From Moniliella sp. 'wahieum' (Eukaryota), in NCBI GenBank assembly GCA_003971905.1, contig RSEE01000004.1:930001-994000 (forward strand): 64,000 nucleotides of DNA, written 5' to 3'. Each line of letters starts with the position of its first letter. Position 1 is the first letter of the stretch. The position numbers were made by a program, and so were the translations under genes. Shown one piece after another: positions 12,982-25,323 of the stretch. The notes below the pieces were generated by a model. It was given only the letters and a program-made list of their open reading frames with translations. It had not been told where the DNA came from and searched no databases.

Positions 12982-13190
12982 TGTCACAGGCCTAGCTAGC
13001 GATGCTGGCGATGGTCGATGGAGATGGCATTCAAGAGCTAAGGAGAGCTAGAGCTATGGGCCTTGATAGGCTCCTGGCCTGGAGGCCAGTGGAAACCCGT
13101 GGAAGGGTCGGAACTCACTGCCCCGGTGCACTGTGTGGATCGGGCCACGTGTCACTGAAGGCCGATGGGCTCTAGACCTGGTGGTCAACA
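12982..13190 (-). repeat. 5' LTR of the copia element (209 bp)
   Basis: Direct repeat of 7921-8131, located upstream of gag on the minus strand. Confidence 0.97.
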
Positions 13191-13899
13191 CATGGAAACT
13201 GATATCGCGTATCACATGTGGACGGGAGCCCCGTAGCATGTGATTTTTTGGTGCCAGCGGCTTGGCACACGACATCACTGAGTACTGATGGGCCTGAGGA
13301 GCGCAGACGTGGTCACCGGTCAGCTCGGTCACCGGCTGGATAAGGTCAGGCGTACAGGCGCGCCCATCCTCCGCACCATCAGAGGCAAGCTCCCAGCAAT
13401 GTCCCGACGGCTTCCCACAGTCTGTACGGGCCAGGTGCATCGACAGATGCAGGTGTGATAGGTACGGCGGAAGCGGGGGAGGCAGACAGCTTACAGCATG
13501 ATGCATGAGGCATGGGTGATGTGTACCATGTAATGCTCACACCTGCAACGCCGACTACTTGTGTGATATGTGACTCGAGGTAATTCAATACACCGACATC
13601 TTCTGTTGGGCTGCAGGCACAGTATAATCCTTTAGGGCGGGCCAGCCCGACACTTGTGTTCTCGAGTTGTCGCCCAAAAGCTAGCACGCGATACTAAGGC
13701 TACCAATTCCCTACTACCAAAAGCAGAAGCACCCAACGCATGTGCAGTATCAGTATTCAAGTACCCTTACTAAGTAGCTTTATTGGTATCACAATCCAAT
13801 AACGAAACGATCCATCCATCCATTAACCCCCCTTCGGGGCGTCGAGCTGCGGGGAGGGACCGGGAGCCGGGGACAAACCCAGTGACCAAGTGAGCCAGC

Positions 13900-16800
13900 T
13901 TACTGCCAGTACAAGAAGTCTTCTTGCGGGTGGCGGTACAGGGCCGAGCGCAGCCGGCGCTGGTCCAAGTGATGTCCCACAAACCCAATCGAACGAGAGA
14001 CAATAAAGAGCCCATTGAGGAACTTGAGGTCAATGTACTCCTGCGCTTCTTCCTTGGTGAACGCGCCCGAGTCGCGAAGAATGTCGACCATCGCCACCGC
14101 GATCGACCATCGACGTTGAGGATGAGCGTGTCCTTCTTGGCCGTCGTGACCTCCTGCACGCGCAGCGCATAATCCAACAAGCGATGCGACGCAAAGTGTT
14201 TTCTGGACATAATCCACCACCAACACCACCCGCTGGTCCGGGTTGCGCACAGCGACTTGATCTTTGCCAATACCGGGAATGAGGCGTTGCTGCTTGCGCA
14301 TCGAGTCCACAAACTGACGCGGCGTCAGGTCCGCATCGTACGCCTTGGAAAATTCAATCGCCGCGTCATCCAGCGCACCACCAAAGCGCGAGCCGATGGT
14401 CAACAGGCCCGAGCAGAGGGACGAGACCAGGTCCTTGCCCGCACGGGTGGTGATGATGGTGTTCATCGCACCCGACACGGCGGGACCATGGTCCGCACAG
14501 AGCATCAGCGCAATCTCAATCAACTTGGTGCACGGTTCCGGCAAACGACGCTTGAACCACAGCAGGCTAATCACCCCGCCCACGCCCATGCCCGAGTTGA
14601 TCACTTCGGAAATCGGCATGCCGCCATACTTGAGCTCCGTCCCGCGCTCGTCCGAGATGGTAGAGATGAATGCGGCTGGCTTGCGCACCATGCCCAGCTC
14701 GCGGGCCCAGGTGTAGTCGAGCGGGATGTTGGGAGGAGGCACTTCGGGAAGGGGCACAATGGTACCCTTTGCCACCAACGCCTCGTACGTTTCCGCAGCA
14801 CCTTGGGCAGGTCCTCAAACGTGTCCGGCCACAAAGCCCGCTGCCTTCATTGCTGCGTTCTTTGCATTGGCCGTCTCAAGCTTCGAGTTGGCCATCGAGC
14901 CCGCATGGCCAAACTGCACCTCGGTCGTAAACATGTCGGCGCACGTGCCAATGGCCCAAGCAACAATGGGCTTGGTGATGATGCCCTTCTTGACCGCCTC
15001 AATCACCCGGTACTCCTCCACACCGCCCACCTCACCGAGGAGGACAAGCAACTTGCAGTTCGGGTCTTGCTCGTACCGGAGCAAGTGGTCAATGAACGTG
15101 GTGGAAGGGTAGCGGTCACCACCAATGGCGATTCCCTCGTACGTCCCGTTCGTGGTCAAGGCCAAAATGTTGTTCAACTCGTTCGACATACCGCCCGACT
15201 TGGACACATAGCCCACCGAGCCAGGACGGTAGAGCTTCGAGGACAAAATGTTGTCCATCATACCGCCACTGTTGCCAATCCGGAAGCAGCCAGGCTTGAT
15301 GCCACCCACGGTAGCGGGGCCAATGACCAACACCTCGGCCTTCTTGGCGCGCCACAAAATCTCACGCGCATGGCGTCGGGAACACCCTCGGCAATCAGCG
15401 CCAGCGCGCGCAGTTGCGGGAATTGGAACACTTCGAGCGACGAAGTGTAGACAGAGCGGGAGGAGGCAAAGTTGACCACCACATCCACGTCAGGGTGCTT
15501 GCTGCACGCTTCGGCAAGCGACGTGTAGACAGGAATGACCGTCTCCTTCGTGCCCCAGTAGAGCTTCTGCAAATGGTGGCCGCCAAAGGGGTAGATCATA
15601 GCGGCAACCGAAGGCGTCTTACGGCCGCAGCTAAAGTCAAAGTCCAGCATGCCCTGGATCGCACGCGCCTGCATGCCGTACACGAACGAACGCGTGTTCT
15701 CGTCAAAGGGGCGGTAGGCCGGGCGAGAAGACGCGCCCTTGCTCGTCGTCACACCCTCGGCACTAGCCGTGGCAGTGCCGTTGGCAATGGCGGCGCTAAC
15801 GTTACCTTGGGCCGGAGCCGAGACGGGGGCCGATTTGGCCGCGGGGGTGGTGGAAGCCGGCGCGACAGCTGTGGCCGAGGTGGCTTGAATGCCCAGCTGC
15901 ACCTCCTCCATCGTCTTGAGCCCAAAGCGAGGGCACAATGTCGGTAATGTGCGTCTCGGGACCAAAGACAGCAATGGGCACGCCCAAGTTGTCACCCAAG
16001 AGGCGCATGTTGCGCAACCCTTCTTGGTAGTTAGGTCCACCGCGACGGACAAAGATCTGGACCTTGTGGTCAATCAGCTTGCCTTGGTACTCCTTCAACG
16101 CACGAATGATGCCCTTGAAGGTGGCAGCAACATTGGTAAAGTTGGCAATGCCACCACCAATGATGAGGATCTTGCCGTCGGGGTGGGGAGCGCCGCGGGT
16201 CATGAGGTCGAGCAGCGTGCTGGCATATTCGTACGTCTGCGTCTCCGTCGGGGCACCCGAGTACTCGCCATAGTTGGCCAACTCGTGGGCAAAGCCATGC
16301 GCCGCAATCGCATCCGCGTACACCACCGACGCACCACCGCCAGCGACCATGGTCCAAATCCGCCCCGTGGCGTTGAGGACCGTCAGCTTGAGCGAAGCAC
16401 CCGTGCCCGAGTCGAGCTTGGCAATGTACGCCTCCTCCTTGGTCAAGTCGCGACCAAACGGCGCGGGCCAGAACATGGGCGGGCCGCGCTCTTCGCCCTT
16501 GACAGTAGTGGCCGTCGTCGTACCGCGCACCAGGGCGGGTCACGGGCAATCGCCCAGCGGGGACCACAGATGTACTCGGCCGTCTGGTCCAGCTTGGCCG
16601 CCATGTCGAGATAGGCATGGTGCCCTCGGCGGTGCAGACGAGCGGGTTGATCTCAAGGTAGGCAAAGTGCAGCTCGACGTAGACCGAGTAGAGACGAATC
16701 AAGAAATCCGTCAGGATCGCCTTCTTGCTTTCGGGCACGTGGGGCAGAAGAGTCGAAGTCCACTCTTCCCGCAACGGCACAGGCAGCGTAGGGTCAGCCG

Positions 16801-17442
16801 GGATGAGTAGCTTGAGGCCTTGGCATCCACATCGCCCACATCCACACCGCCTTCGTGCGTGAACAACACATAGTCGCCCTCGCGCGTCGAGTTGATGCAG
16901 ACATAGTACTCCTCCTCGGGCTTGTGGGGGAACAAGGGCTCAACAATAAAGTTGTTCAGAGTACCCACAACCGTCTCGACCTGACGAAATTCAGTCAGCA
17001 CCAATTGCAACCGAGACTCCGCCCCGAGTGCAAACCAATGACAACAACGTACCTTCTGCGGCTTGCCTGCACGCTCGGCAATCCACTCCTTGGCCACGGG
17101 CCAATCACGTTGAGCTTCAGCAAACCCCCTTACCACGGCGCTTGATCAGTTGGTCCGGCTTGGCGACCAGCTTCGTGTTGAACACCCACGACGGCAGCTC
17201 CGAATCGGGGGTGAGGGAGTCGGTGGCGGATCCCAGGCGACCTGGGCGACTTGCGGAGCGGGGGCGACAAAGTCAGCCGAAACCTCCACCTGTCATTGAA
17301 GATGGGGACCTTGGGCAGCCAATAGTTGACCACCAGCTTGGCGTCGTACTCGCGGATCGCTGAAGGGCGGGAGGGGCAAGCGTTGTTAGCGGAAATGAAC
17401 ACTCTAGGAAGAGCGAGGGGGGTACGCACCTTTGGACGACAT
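13900..17442 (-). CDS. ACL1: ATP-citrate lyase, single-chain (fused) form
   Basis: [91 protein letters not shown] (phospho-His), DHGPAVSGA. Introns at 17360-17429 and 16981-17052. Confidence 0.97.
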
Positions 17443-20400
17443 GGGGAGGAAAGGGAGGGGATCCCAGTAACACAGAGGTGGGGATGGGGGGATGAAGGTG
17501 GGAAAGAAGGAAAAGGCGCAGGGGACGAAGAAGGACGGCAAACGGGCGGTGCAAGCAAGGCGCGAAGCGAAGCCTGAGGTCCCGAGGCCTGAGCGCTTGA
17601 GCGCCTAAGCTGCGCTCTGGCGTGAGCGCGTGAGGCGTGAGGCCGAGGCTTACCCCTGGGGCCCAGTGCGTGTCAACGAGGCTGGCTGGGGGGCCACCTG
17701 GCCCACCGCACACAGCGCGCCGAGCACACCCAAACCAGGGGGACGGTTGGGAGACTGGAGAGGCACGGCGGCAGTTGTGCGCACGGACGACGGAGATGGA
17801 CACGAATCACATGCCGAGAAGCACCAACACACTACGTAGCGCCGCATGCGCGTCTCGGCACGGGGGCACTCTCGGCTGCTGGTTTCCTGTTTGTCCCGAG
17901 GGGGTCTCAGAGGCGGAGTCGCCAGTTCGCCTCACTTCCTCACTCGCCCCATGCTCAGAGGGGGGAAGACGGGGCAGGACAGTCGCAGGACCGGGCAAGC
18001 CGGGCGCGTGGAGGCGCACAACGCACCGCCCAGCTTGTAGGGAAACCGTGGGTGGAGCTGGCGTGAGATCATCGATCGGCCATCCATCATTAATCGATCA
18101 TCGATTCTCGGCGTTGGATCTTGCATGTTAAAAAGGGGTCTTGCCGACTGCCCTCTCCTGCCCCAACTTACCCGCCGCACTGGGGCTGCCACAGGCGGCC
18201 GCTGATCGGTGCATCTGGCGAGTCTCCTGCACCAGGTCAACGTCGCAGGCGCCCAAGTGCCCAGGCGGAGCACGGGTGCCCAATGCATGATGCGTGAGAG
18301 AGAGATGAGATCGAGGATCAATTCGATCAGTATTCCATCTGATGCATCCCAGAAGCGTCTTGACGGGTGGCAGGGGGCCAGTGTGGGTGGCTCGGATGAG
18401 CTGCGGAGGCGCGGAGGCGCTTTGTTTTTCTGTTGCGCGCTGCGGAACTGCACCCACAATTCATATTCACCCACGCACTCATATTCACAGTCTCTTTTTT
18501 CCCCTTTTGATTCGCTGGAGCAAGTGCCCTCTCTCAGATCTCACTCTCGTCAAACTTCGAAGTCGATGAGATCGAGAAGTTCAACGTTCAGCAGCTCAGC
18601 GCCAGCACGTTCAACTCGCTTCGATGGGAAGGCGGCGCCCGGCTTACCTTTCCTCTCCAGAACTCTCGTACCACTAACTCATCGATCATCGACGTCTTCC
18701 CCACCGGCCACCGGCCACCTCTATACCTTCCCCAGCTCCCGCTCGTCGCCGCGGTCTGGATGATCGATGATCGATGATCGATGGGGCACATATGGGGCCA
18801 TGTTGCCACGCAGCGGCGATAAGAAGTAGCACGCTATTAGCGCCCAAAATAAACTTTGGGCAAGCCGGTGAATTCGTGGCGTTTGAACAGCATGTTCCGG
18901 GGTGGGGGGGCTGAGACGCTGAGCGCGCTGAAGCTGAACTGAACGTCACTACTTTTGATTACTTGCATTAAATGCGCACAAGCCCCCTGGTTGCATATGT
19001 TTAACGCCTTCTGCCCGCATGCTGAAAGCAGCGGCGATATTCATGTTGCACACGCGCATCATAACGTAGCAGCTGCTATCTCGTGTGGCGCCAAGAGCCC
19101 AAGTTCGCCTAAGTCCGGTGTCCATTGATTTTGCTGATGCTGTTGCCCATGTTATGCCTTCCGGCCCAGCCACGCGACCATGCGCACTGGCTAGCAAAAA
19201 TTAACGCTCTGGTTTTAGCGGTGTGAAACGCTAACGTTAACTTAATAACCCCTGGGTTTGACTTGACAAAATATGAGGCTTCAAGCTTCAAGCTTCAAGC
19301 TCCACGGCTGCGGAGGCTGTAGGGACCACAAGACCCTCGCTGATAATGAGCAACCCCCCAAAAACGCCATGGATAATTGATAACGCTTAACGCATTTTAT
19401 CAATCGATTCATTATCAGCAATCATATCAGCGCAGCGACCAACACCACATGTGCAGAGAACCAGACAGATATGCGCTTTTCTTGCAGGAAGAGAAAGGAA
19501 ATAGAACTAAGGAGCTTTAATAGTTAGACGCACACGGTCCGCCATATGCTGTGTTGCATAGTAGAATGAAGAGCAACTGTGGCAGGTAGGGGGGGGGGGT
19601 ACTTGGGACGGGGGGTCCCTTTGTGTGCACTCATCCATATGATCGATCCATTCTCCAACCAATAGTGTGTAGAACGTTGCCCGCGATGACACGTGACGCG
19701 TGACGCGCGTGACGGCTCCACACTCTCGATTATACACAGTTGGACAAATGAGAAAAAAAGCGTCAACTCCCAGCATAACCCCACCCCTGTTTTCGTTCCA
19801 TCTCACTTCATTCTCTTGAATTTCCTGTCTCCTTTCTGGTATATCGCGTACCACTTCAATGGAAGGATGTGTGGGCAAAACACATGTATATGTGCCTTCC
19901 CGCGTGCCTTGAAGGTCATGCGCACATGGCGCTCATGGTTCAATCGTTGTGCACTCCATACAGTCTTGTTACGCATATCCACAATTTCCATGAACCTAAC
20001 GTTGGCGAAAAGTTAGTGAATTCCTTGAAAAAGGTTCACTGAGGAGCTTTTCGCGCCTTGGGATAACTGTGTTATCCAAATCGAGAATGAGAGGTATTAT
20101 ATACGCGAAAGAGAGAAGAGACCATATTTCAGTGTGACAGAGACAACAGAATATGTAACAAGAGGATGAGATCGTTCGGGGGGGAAAGAGGCAAGAAGCT
20201 TTGTATACGTGTAGTACCAGCTTGAAGGGCAGTGCATCATCATCTCGAATACCGCGCCTCCCGAACAATATTGGTTGCTTGATACGCCGTCCCTCCCACA
20301 CTGACGTATTCCTTTTTTGCGCTCATATATATGTACGGCCCAGAACGAATCTCTGACATCCTGCTCTCTCTCTCTCTCTCTCCTTTTGCGAACACGTTTA

Positions 20401-22751
20401 AGGCGAATCACGGAAGAGATAAAATATGATTGATGGTCGAAGACGTTTTTCTCTCACTTTAATTTTTCCAACCACTCCGCAAACGGTCATAGAAACCGTC
20501 TATCGCCGCCTCTGTTATTGGAAATGAGATCAATCTGAGAAAAATGATACAAACACGGACGTAATATGAGGAGGTATATTCACTCCTAAACAACCGACGT
20601 TTTTGGGATGCAGAAACAGTGGTTCCCCGAGAGTCAGGCCACTATAGATGCGACTTTATTGATTGTCCGGCGTAAGCGAGAGAATGTGCATATGTCTTCA
20701 AAAGAGAAGTCAAAATGAGGACCCGTGCAGTCATAACGTGAGAACCTGAGACAACGACAGTATTAGTCTCGTCTTCGGCTCTATGGACATACAGCTGGGG
20801 AAATGAATAAGGGAGAGGGAGAAAGCCTGTCGGGATCAGACCAACTTGGTCACCCTTTGATCACCAAGTTGACTGGTCCCTGATTTGTTCTAGACCCTGT
20901 CCCGCCCCCCTGACTATGCTCCCTTTCTTCCTCTCCGCATGACTCAGCTTGCATGTTCTCTTCTTCTCCGAGGCATATATACCTCGCCCTGTCTTTCCAC
21001 TGGATGAAGATCATGGTCCTCATCCTTTCCCCCATCTCCATATCCTGTTAAAGCCCTTTCCCGACGAACTAGGAGCAACCCAGCGAAGAGGTCTGGCCTA
21101 GGGAAAGGGTGGAATAAGATTCATGTATATAGTAGTGTCACATATTGTTACCACAATTGACCAAAAGCTTGTTCCAATTTATTCCGATTCTGCATCTCGT
21201 GCATCTCACTCTTGCATTTCCCTCTTGCTTCTGTGCATGCCTCTTCTTTACACCCACGAACGAACTTGCCATTTCCCCCGTCTCTGACAGGACCATGGTC
21301 TCCCTCGCTTAGGTCCGAGAGTGTTACACACAGGCAAAAATATATTTGTGGAAAATCAGGACACCCTCGGATAGTTTCCATGTTTGGCCGATCGGCAAGG
21401 AAACATAAAAAGAGGAAAAGAAAGCGAGTGAAGAACAGAAGGAAGAGGAAATCGTGTTCCAGACATATCAAACTGTGGTGCCACACTGGGGTAGTGGCAC
21501 CAGAGTAGCTCAAGCCCCGTTCCCTTGAGTGAATTTCCGGCACAAAATATTCCTTCTCCTGGAGAGGGCAGGAATATTCTCTAGCCTTTGTAGCTCACAT
21601 GTACAATGCAATACACTTGGCCGTCGGTTCCATATTCTCTGGTCTTCTACCAAGAAGAATGAAGAAGAAAAGCAGAAGAGCGATGATAGCGGACAAGACA
21701 AGCTTATTGATAAGAGGTAAGAGCGGAATATTAATTGAATGGCTTTTATAGACAGCCGCGTCACATCATTATAGGTAGTCTCATTTCCTCTCACGCCTGG
21801 TGTCGTGAGCCACAGGTGGCTTACGGTGCGTTTGGCCGATCCTTCCCGTCAGTCTCCTCATGAGGCCTAGAGGCTTTTCACAGCTTTCCCTTCTGTCTTT
21901 TCTTTATTTCTCGCAGCCCGGTGTGGCGACGTGGTAGCTCGATGGCCCTCTTTATATTGACGACTTTAGTTGCCTTAACCCATCATCAACATGAGCACAA
22001 CAAGTACGATGACGTACCACGTGGGCCATCAGGATTCCACGTTTCGTCACCTACTTACCCGGGGGCTTGGTAAAGACACTACCGCGAGAGGACCAGCATT
22101 TCTTTAGCATCCGTAGCCTCTTCTCTCATTATCTGCATTATCCTTCCGTTTCATTTCGCATGGACGTCACTCACATCTGTACCGCATACATCGAGATCGT
22201 CCTCTTATCCATTGCATGCAATAGGCAACACAAAGCTTGCTTTAGATAGTTGAGATCGGTAAATCGCAAACGAGGACGTCACAGCTCGTATAGGCGGGGC
22301 ACAGTACCATTAGTAATAGAAATGGGTAATCATGATGCCTAGTAAGCGATAACCGGGATGATTGACGAGGAATATGCAGCACTGTTTCGTACATGTTATC
22401 AGTTAGCATGCAACCACCACGGAACGCCTACGCAGAGTACGCCCAGGCGCTCAAGGGACAGCCTCTACACCACGGTTCTCCTGCTGTAGGCCTCCTTCGT
22501 GTGACATCTTTGAAGAGACGGGAGAATCATTAATCATGGCGCGTGGCGTGATCGCGTGATCACCCTTCAAGTTAAAAAGATAGGAACCGGTACAATAGGA
22601 ACCTGCACCAGAAAATGCGACTGCGACAGCGAGCGATACTGCGAACCCTCTATCACGTGATTCTTCTTCTCCGCTTTCGGCCGGCCTTGACAGATTAATG
22701 ATACACGGATTTTTAATGCTCGGGGCTGACCGCTTTTTCTTCACTACGACC

Positions 22752-24716
22752 ATGCAGCCAATCGAAGACGGAGCCTCACTCATCCTCGCCCATCGCCTGC
22801 GCGGTCGCGTCCTGGTCATCGTCGGCACCACCAACCGCTTGGCAGTCAGTCGCCTTATTGCGGCGGCCAGTGCAGGCGCCTGGCCTGTGGTCGTCCCGCC
22901 ACCCACTGACGCCACAGCGCAGGCGCAGGCGTTGAACCGTGGACCGGCGCTGGAGGAAATCACAACCCGCTCCGAGCGGGGCGAATGTGCCCTCCTCCCA
23001 CCGTTGCGACTGGATCTGAGCAGGAGTGGGCTGAATTGCTGGCTGCGCTGGATACACAGCCATTGCCCAGCGAGCACGACGCGATTCAGGCTTCCCAATA
23101 CACACAGCGCGTCCTGGAGCACCTTTCTCAGCCTCCACCCTCTGGGCCGTCGCATGATGCACCCCATGTGTTTGGTGTTTGCATCACTGATACCCTCGTC
23201 ATCGGTGGTGTGGCTGTCGAGTACGCGGATAAGGTACGAGCGGTGGCCCAAGTGTTGGTGCAAGTATGCCGACAGCGGCGCATCTTGATCAATGTGGCCG
23301 ACATGCCCGATTGGTGCGATTTTTCCCTCCCGGCCGCCCATCGTTTCAGCCTTCCGGATGGGCACGGGTCCAAGTTGCAGCTCGCCATCACTGCGAATGG
23401 GCAAGGGTTGCCGTGTGGCAGGGCGAATCAAGCGAGATGTGGTGGCGTCGCTCCCGCGAAATGTGGCTGCGCAGTCGAAAACATTGCACATCTCCGTCAG
23501 CTGGCACAACAACGGGATGCACATACCCCGCCATCGCCATCCTCGGTGGAAGAGGAACACTTCGACGATCCACCCCCTTAAATGCTGCCGTACCCAGCTG
23601 GGCCACGCCCCCCGACAAGCAGAGGCACGTGCAACGAAACTACAGCAGCGCGGACTCAGCGTCGGATGCGATGGGTGCCCAAATGTCCGAGTACTGGCCA
23701 CTGGACTACCTTGGTGCTTTGTCCGAGGCGGAGATGAGCCGGAGCTGGACGAGTACGAAGCGTCGCCTTCTGCTACGCAAGCGGTAGCAAGCGAGGCGGA
23801 TGTGAGCTCAGCACGGCTTGGCACTGGTTAAGCCCAAGGCCGGGTGTACCTTGTTGGCTCAGGACCTGGCCACCCGGGCCTGCTCACCTCGTTGGCCCGT
23901 GACTGCTCACGTCCCACGGACGGATGTCGTGCTGAGCGACAAACTTGTCCCGGCCCCCGTATTGGCCCTGATCCCACCCACGACCAAACTGATCATTGCG
24001 CGCAAGTTCCCTGGTAACGCCCGAGGTGCTCAGGCGGATTCTCAAGCTGGCATGGGACTATGCGCGGGAGGGTAAGGTGGTGATCCGGTTAAAGCAGGGG
24101 GACCATTTGTGTATGGCCGTGGAGGCGAGGAGGTACTGTACCTTCGAAAGGGGATTGAGCCGACTGTGGTACCGGGTGTGTCCTCTGCGCTGGCAGGACC
24201 GTTGGCGCTGGGTATTCCGGGACCCAGCGTGGGGTGGCCGACTCGATGGTGCTTGCCACGGGCGTAGGCGAGGCGGAAGCGCGACGGTGCTGCCAGGCTA
24301 CCAACGGGCGGTCGCTGGTACTGCTGATGGGAGTGGCCCGGATCGAGGGCGCTGGTGCGGACGCTGCTGGCACCTACGGGCTCTGCCGAGGCGGGGACGA
24401 ACGGGGCGGCGTACCCTGCCCACGTTCCCTGCGCGTGTGATTGAGCGGGAATCGGCCCCGGACCAGCGGCTGATTGCGGCGCCACTGGCGGAGATTGGTA
24501 GCGCGCTGCAGGCGGTCGGGGAGCAGCGGCCCCGGGCATGATCATGGTGGGCTGGGCTGTGCGCGCTGGAGGGAGCGGGGGACATGGAGGTGCTGGACAA
24601 GGCGGGGGCGGTGGAGGATGCGGCGCGGGTGGCGCGCTGGCTGGACGGCCGGGCGTTTTGTGGTGCGGGAGGGGCTGGCGGCGGGGCTGGCGAGGGGCTG
24701 GCCGAGCGCGCGGTGA
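22752..24716 (+). CDS. MET1: Siroheme synthase / uroporphyrinogen-III C-methyltransferase (Met8-like N-terminus + Met1 methyltransferase)
   Basis: GASLILAHRL, INVADMPDWCDF, LQLAITANGQG.RVAGRIKR, YLVGSGPGHPGLLT, DVVLSDKLVP, ARKFPGNA, RLKQGD, GRGGEE, PGVSSALA, LVLLMGV, VIERESAPDQR. The end is approximate. Confidence 0.9.
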
Positions 24717-25323
24717 CGCAGGCGCAGCGCCGCCGCCGGCGAACCCAGCGAGCGGAGGTGGCCGAGACGCGGGGCGTCGACGGCTGGGCGCCGGGGCGGT
24801 ATGCGGCGGCGGGCCTCCAAGGCGGCTGGACCGCGGGCGAGCAGCGGGCGGAATGTTAATGCAATGGGATCGATGGAGCAGACGTGCGGCAAGTGCGGGG
24901 TAAACAGAAAAAAACATAGGCCAGGCAGCTTCTGCAGCGTGGCGGAATTGGCTGCGTGCCCGCGCCGGCTGCCCGCGGGCGGAAGGTTCTGGGCGGCGGA
25001 GACGCAGCGTAGCGCTTATACGCATTCTTGTTTCTCGTCTGTTCCCCACGTCGGCTCGCTGCTGGGAAGACGCTGCTGGAAGACGCTGCTGGGGGCTGCT
25101 CGCGTGTCTTTGCCGTGCTTCCAGCGTCCGCGCGTCCCCGCCTGCCCTGCGCGCGTCTTTTCTTTTCTTGTCGCGGCGCGTGTGGGTATGAAGCCGTGCT
25201 GTGCGTCTGCCTCTCGGTCTCCTGTCGCTGTCTCGGTCGCTGTCGCTGTCGCTGTCTCTGTCGCCGCCGTCGCCGCCGTCGCCGCCGTCGCTGCCACGGC
25301 CTCTGCGTGTCGCTGCGTCCGCC

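Larger units (their letters stand above)
7921..13190 (-). mobile_element. Full-length Ty1/copia LTR retrotransposon (gag-PR-IN-RT-RH)
   Basis: Two TG..CA LTRs, a 5-bp target-site duplication CATGG (7916-7920 and 13191-13195), integrase placed before RT, and a purine-rich tract (CAGCGGGGG on the minus strand) next to the 3' LTR. Confidence 0.97.

Noticed and set aside
13196..13760. ORFs 13054-13506 and 13379-13687 beside the 5' LTR as an extra or env-like gene
   Set aside because: They lie outside or straddle the TSD-defined element, have no motifs, and are probably ACL1 3' intergenic DNA.
21505..21541. Minus-strand GGAAATTC...AACGGGGCTT resembling RNase P/MRP conserved regions
   Set aside because: The two motifs are only about 10 nt apart, and no complementary GAAAGTCCCC partner was seen upstream.
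22051..22070. TACTTACC resembling the U1 snRNA 5' end
   Set aside because: It lacks the ACCTG continuation and U1 stems; it is better read as a minus-strand GTAAGT splice donor.
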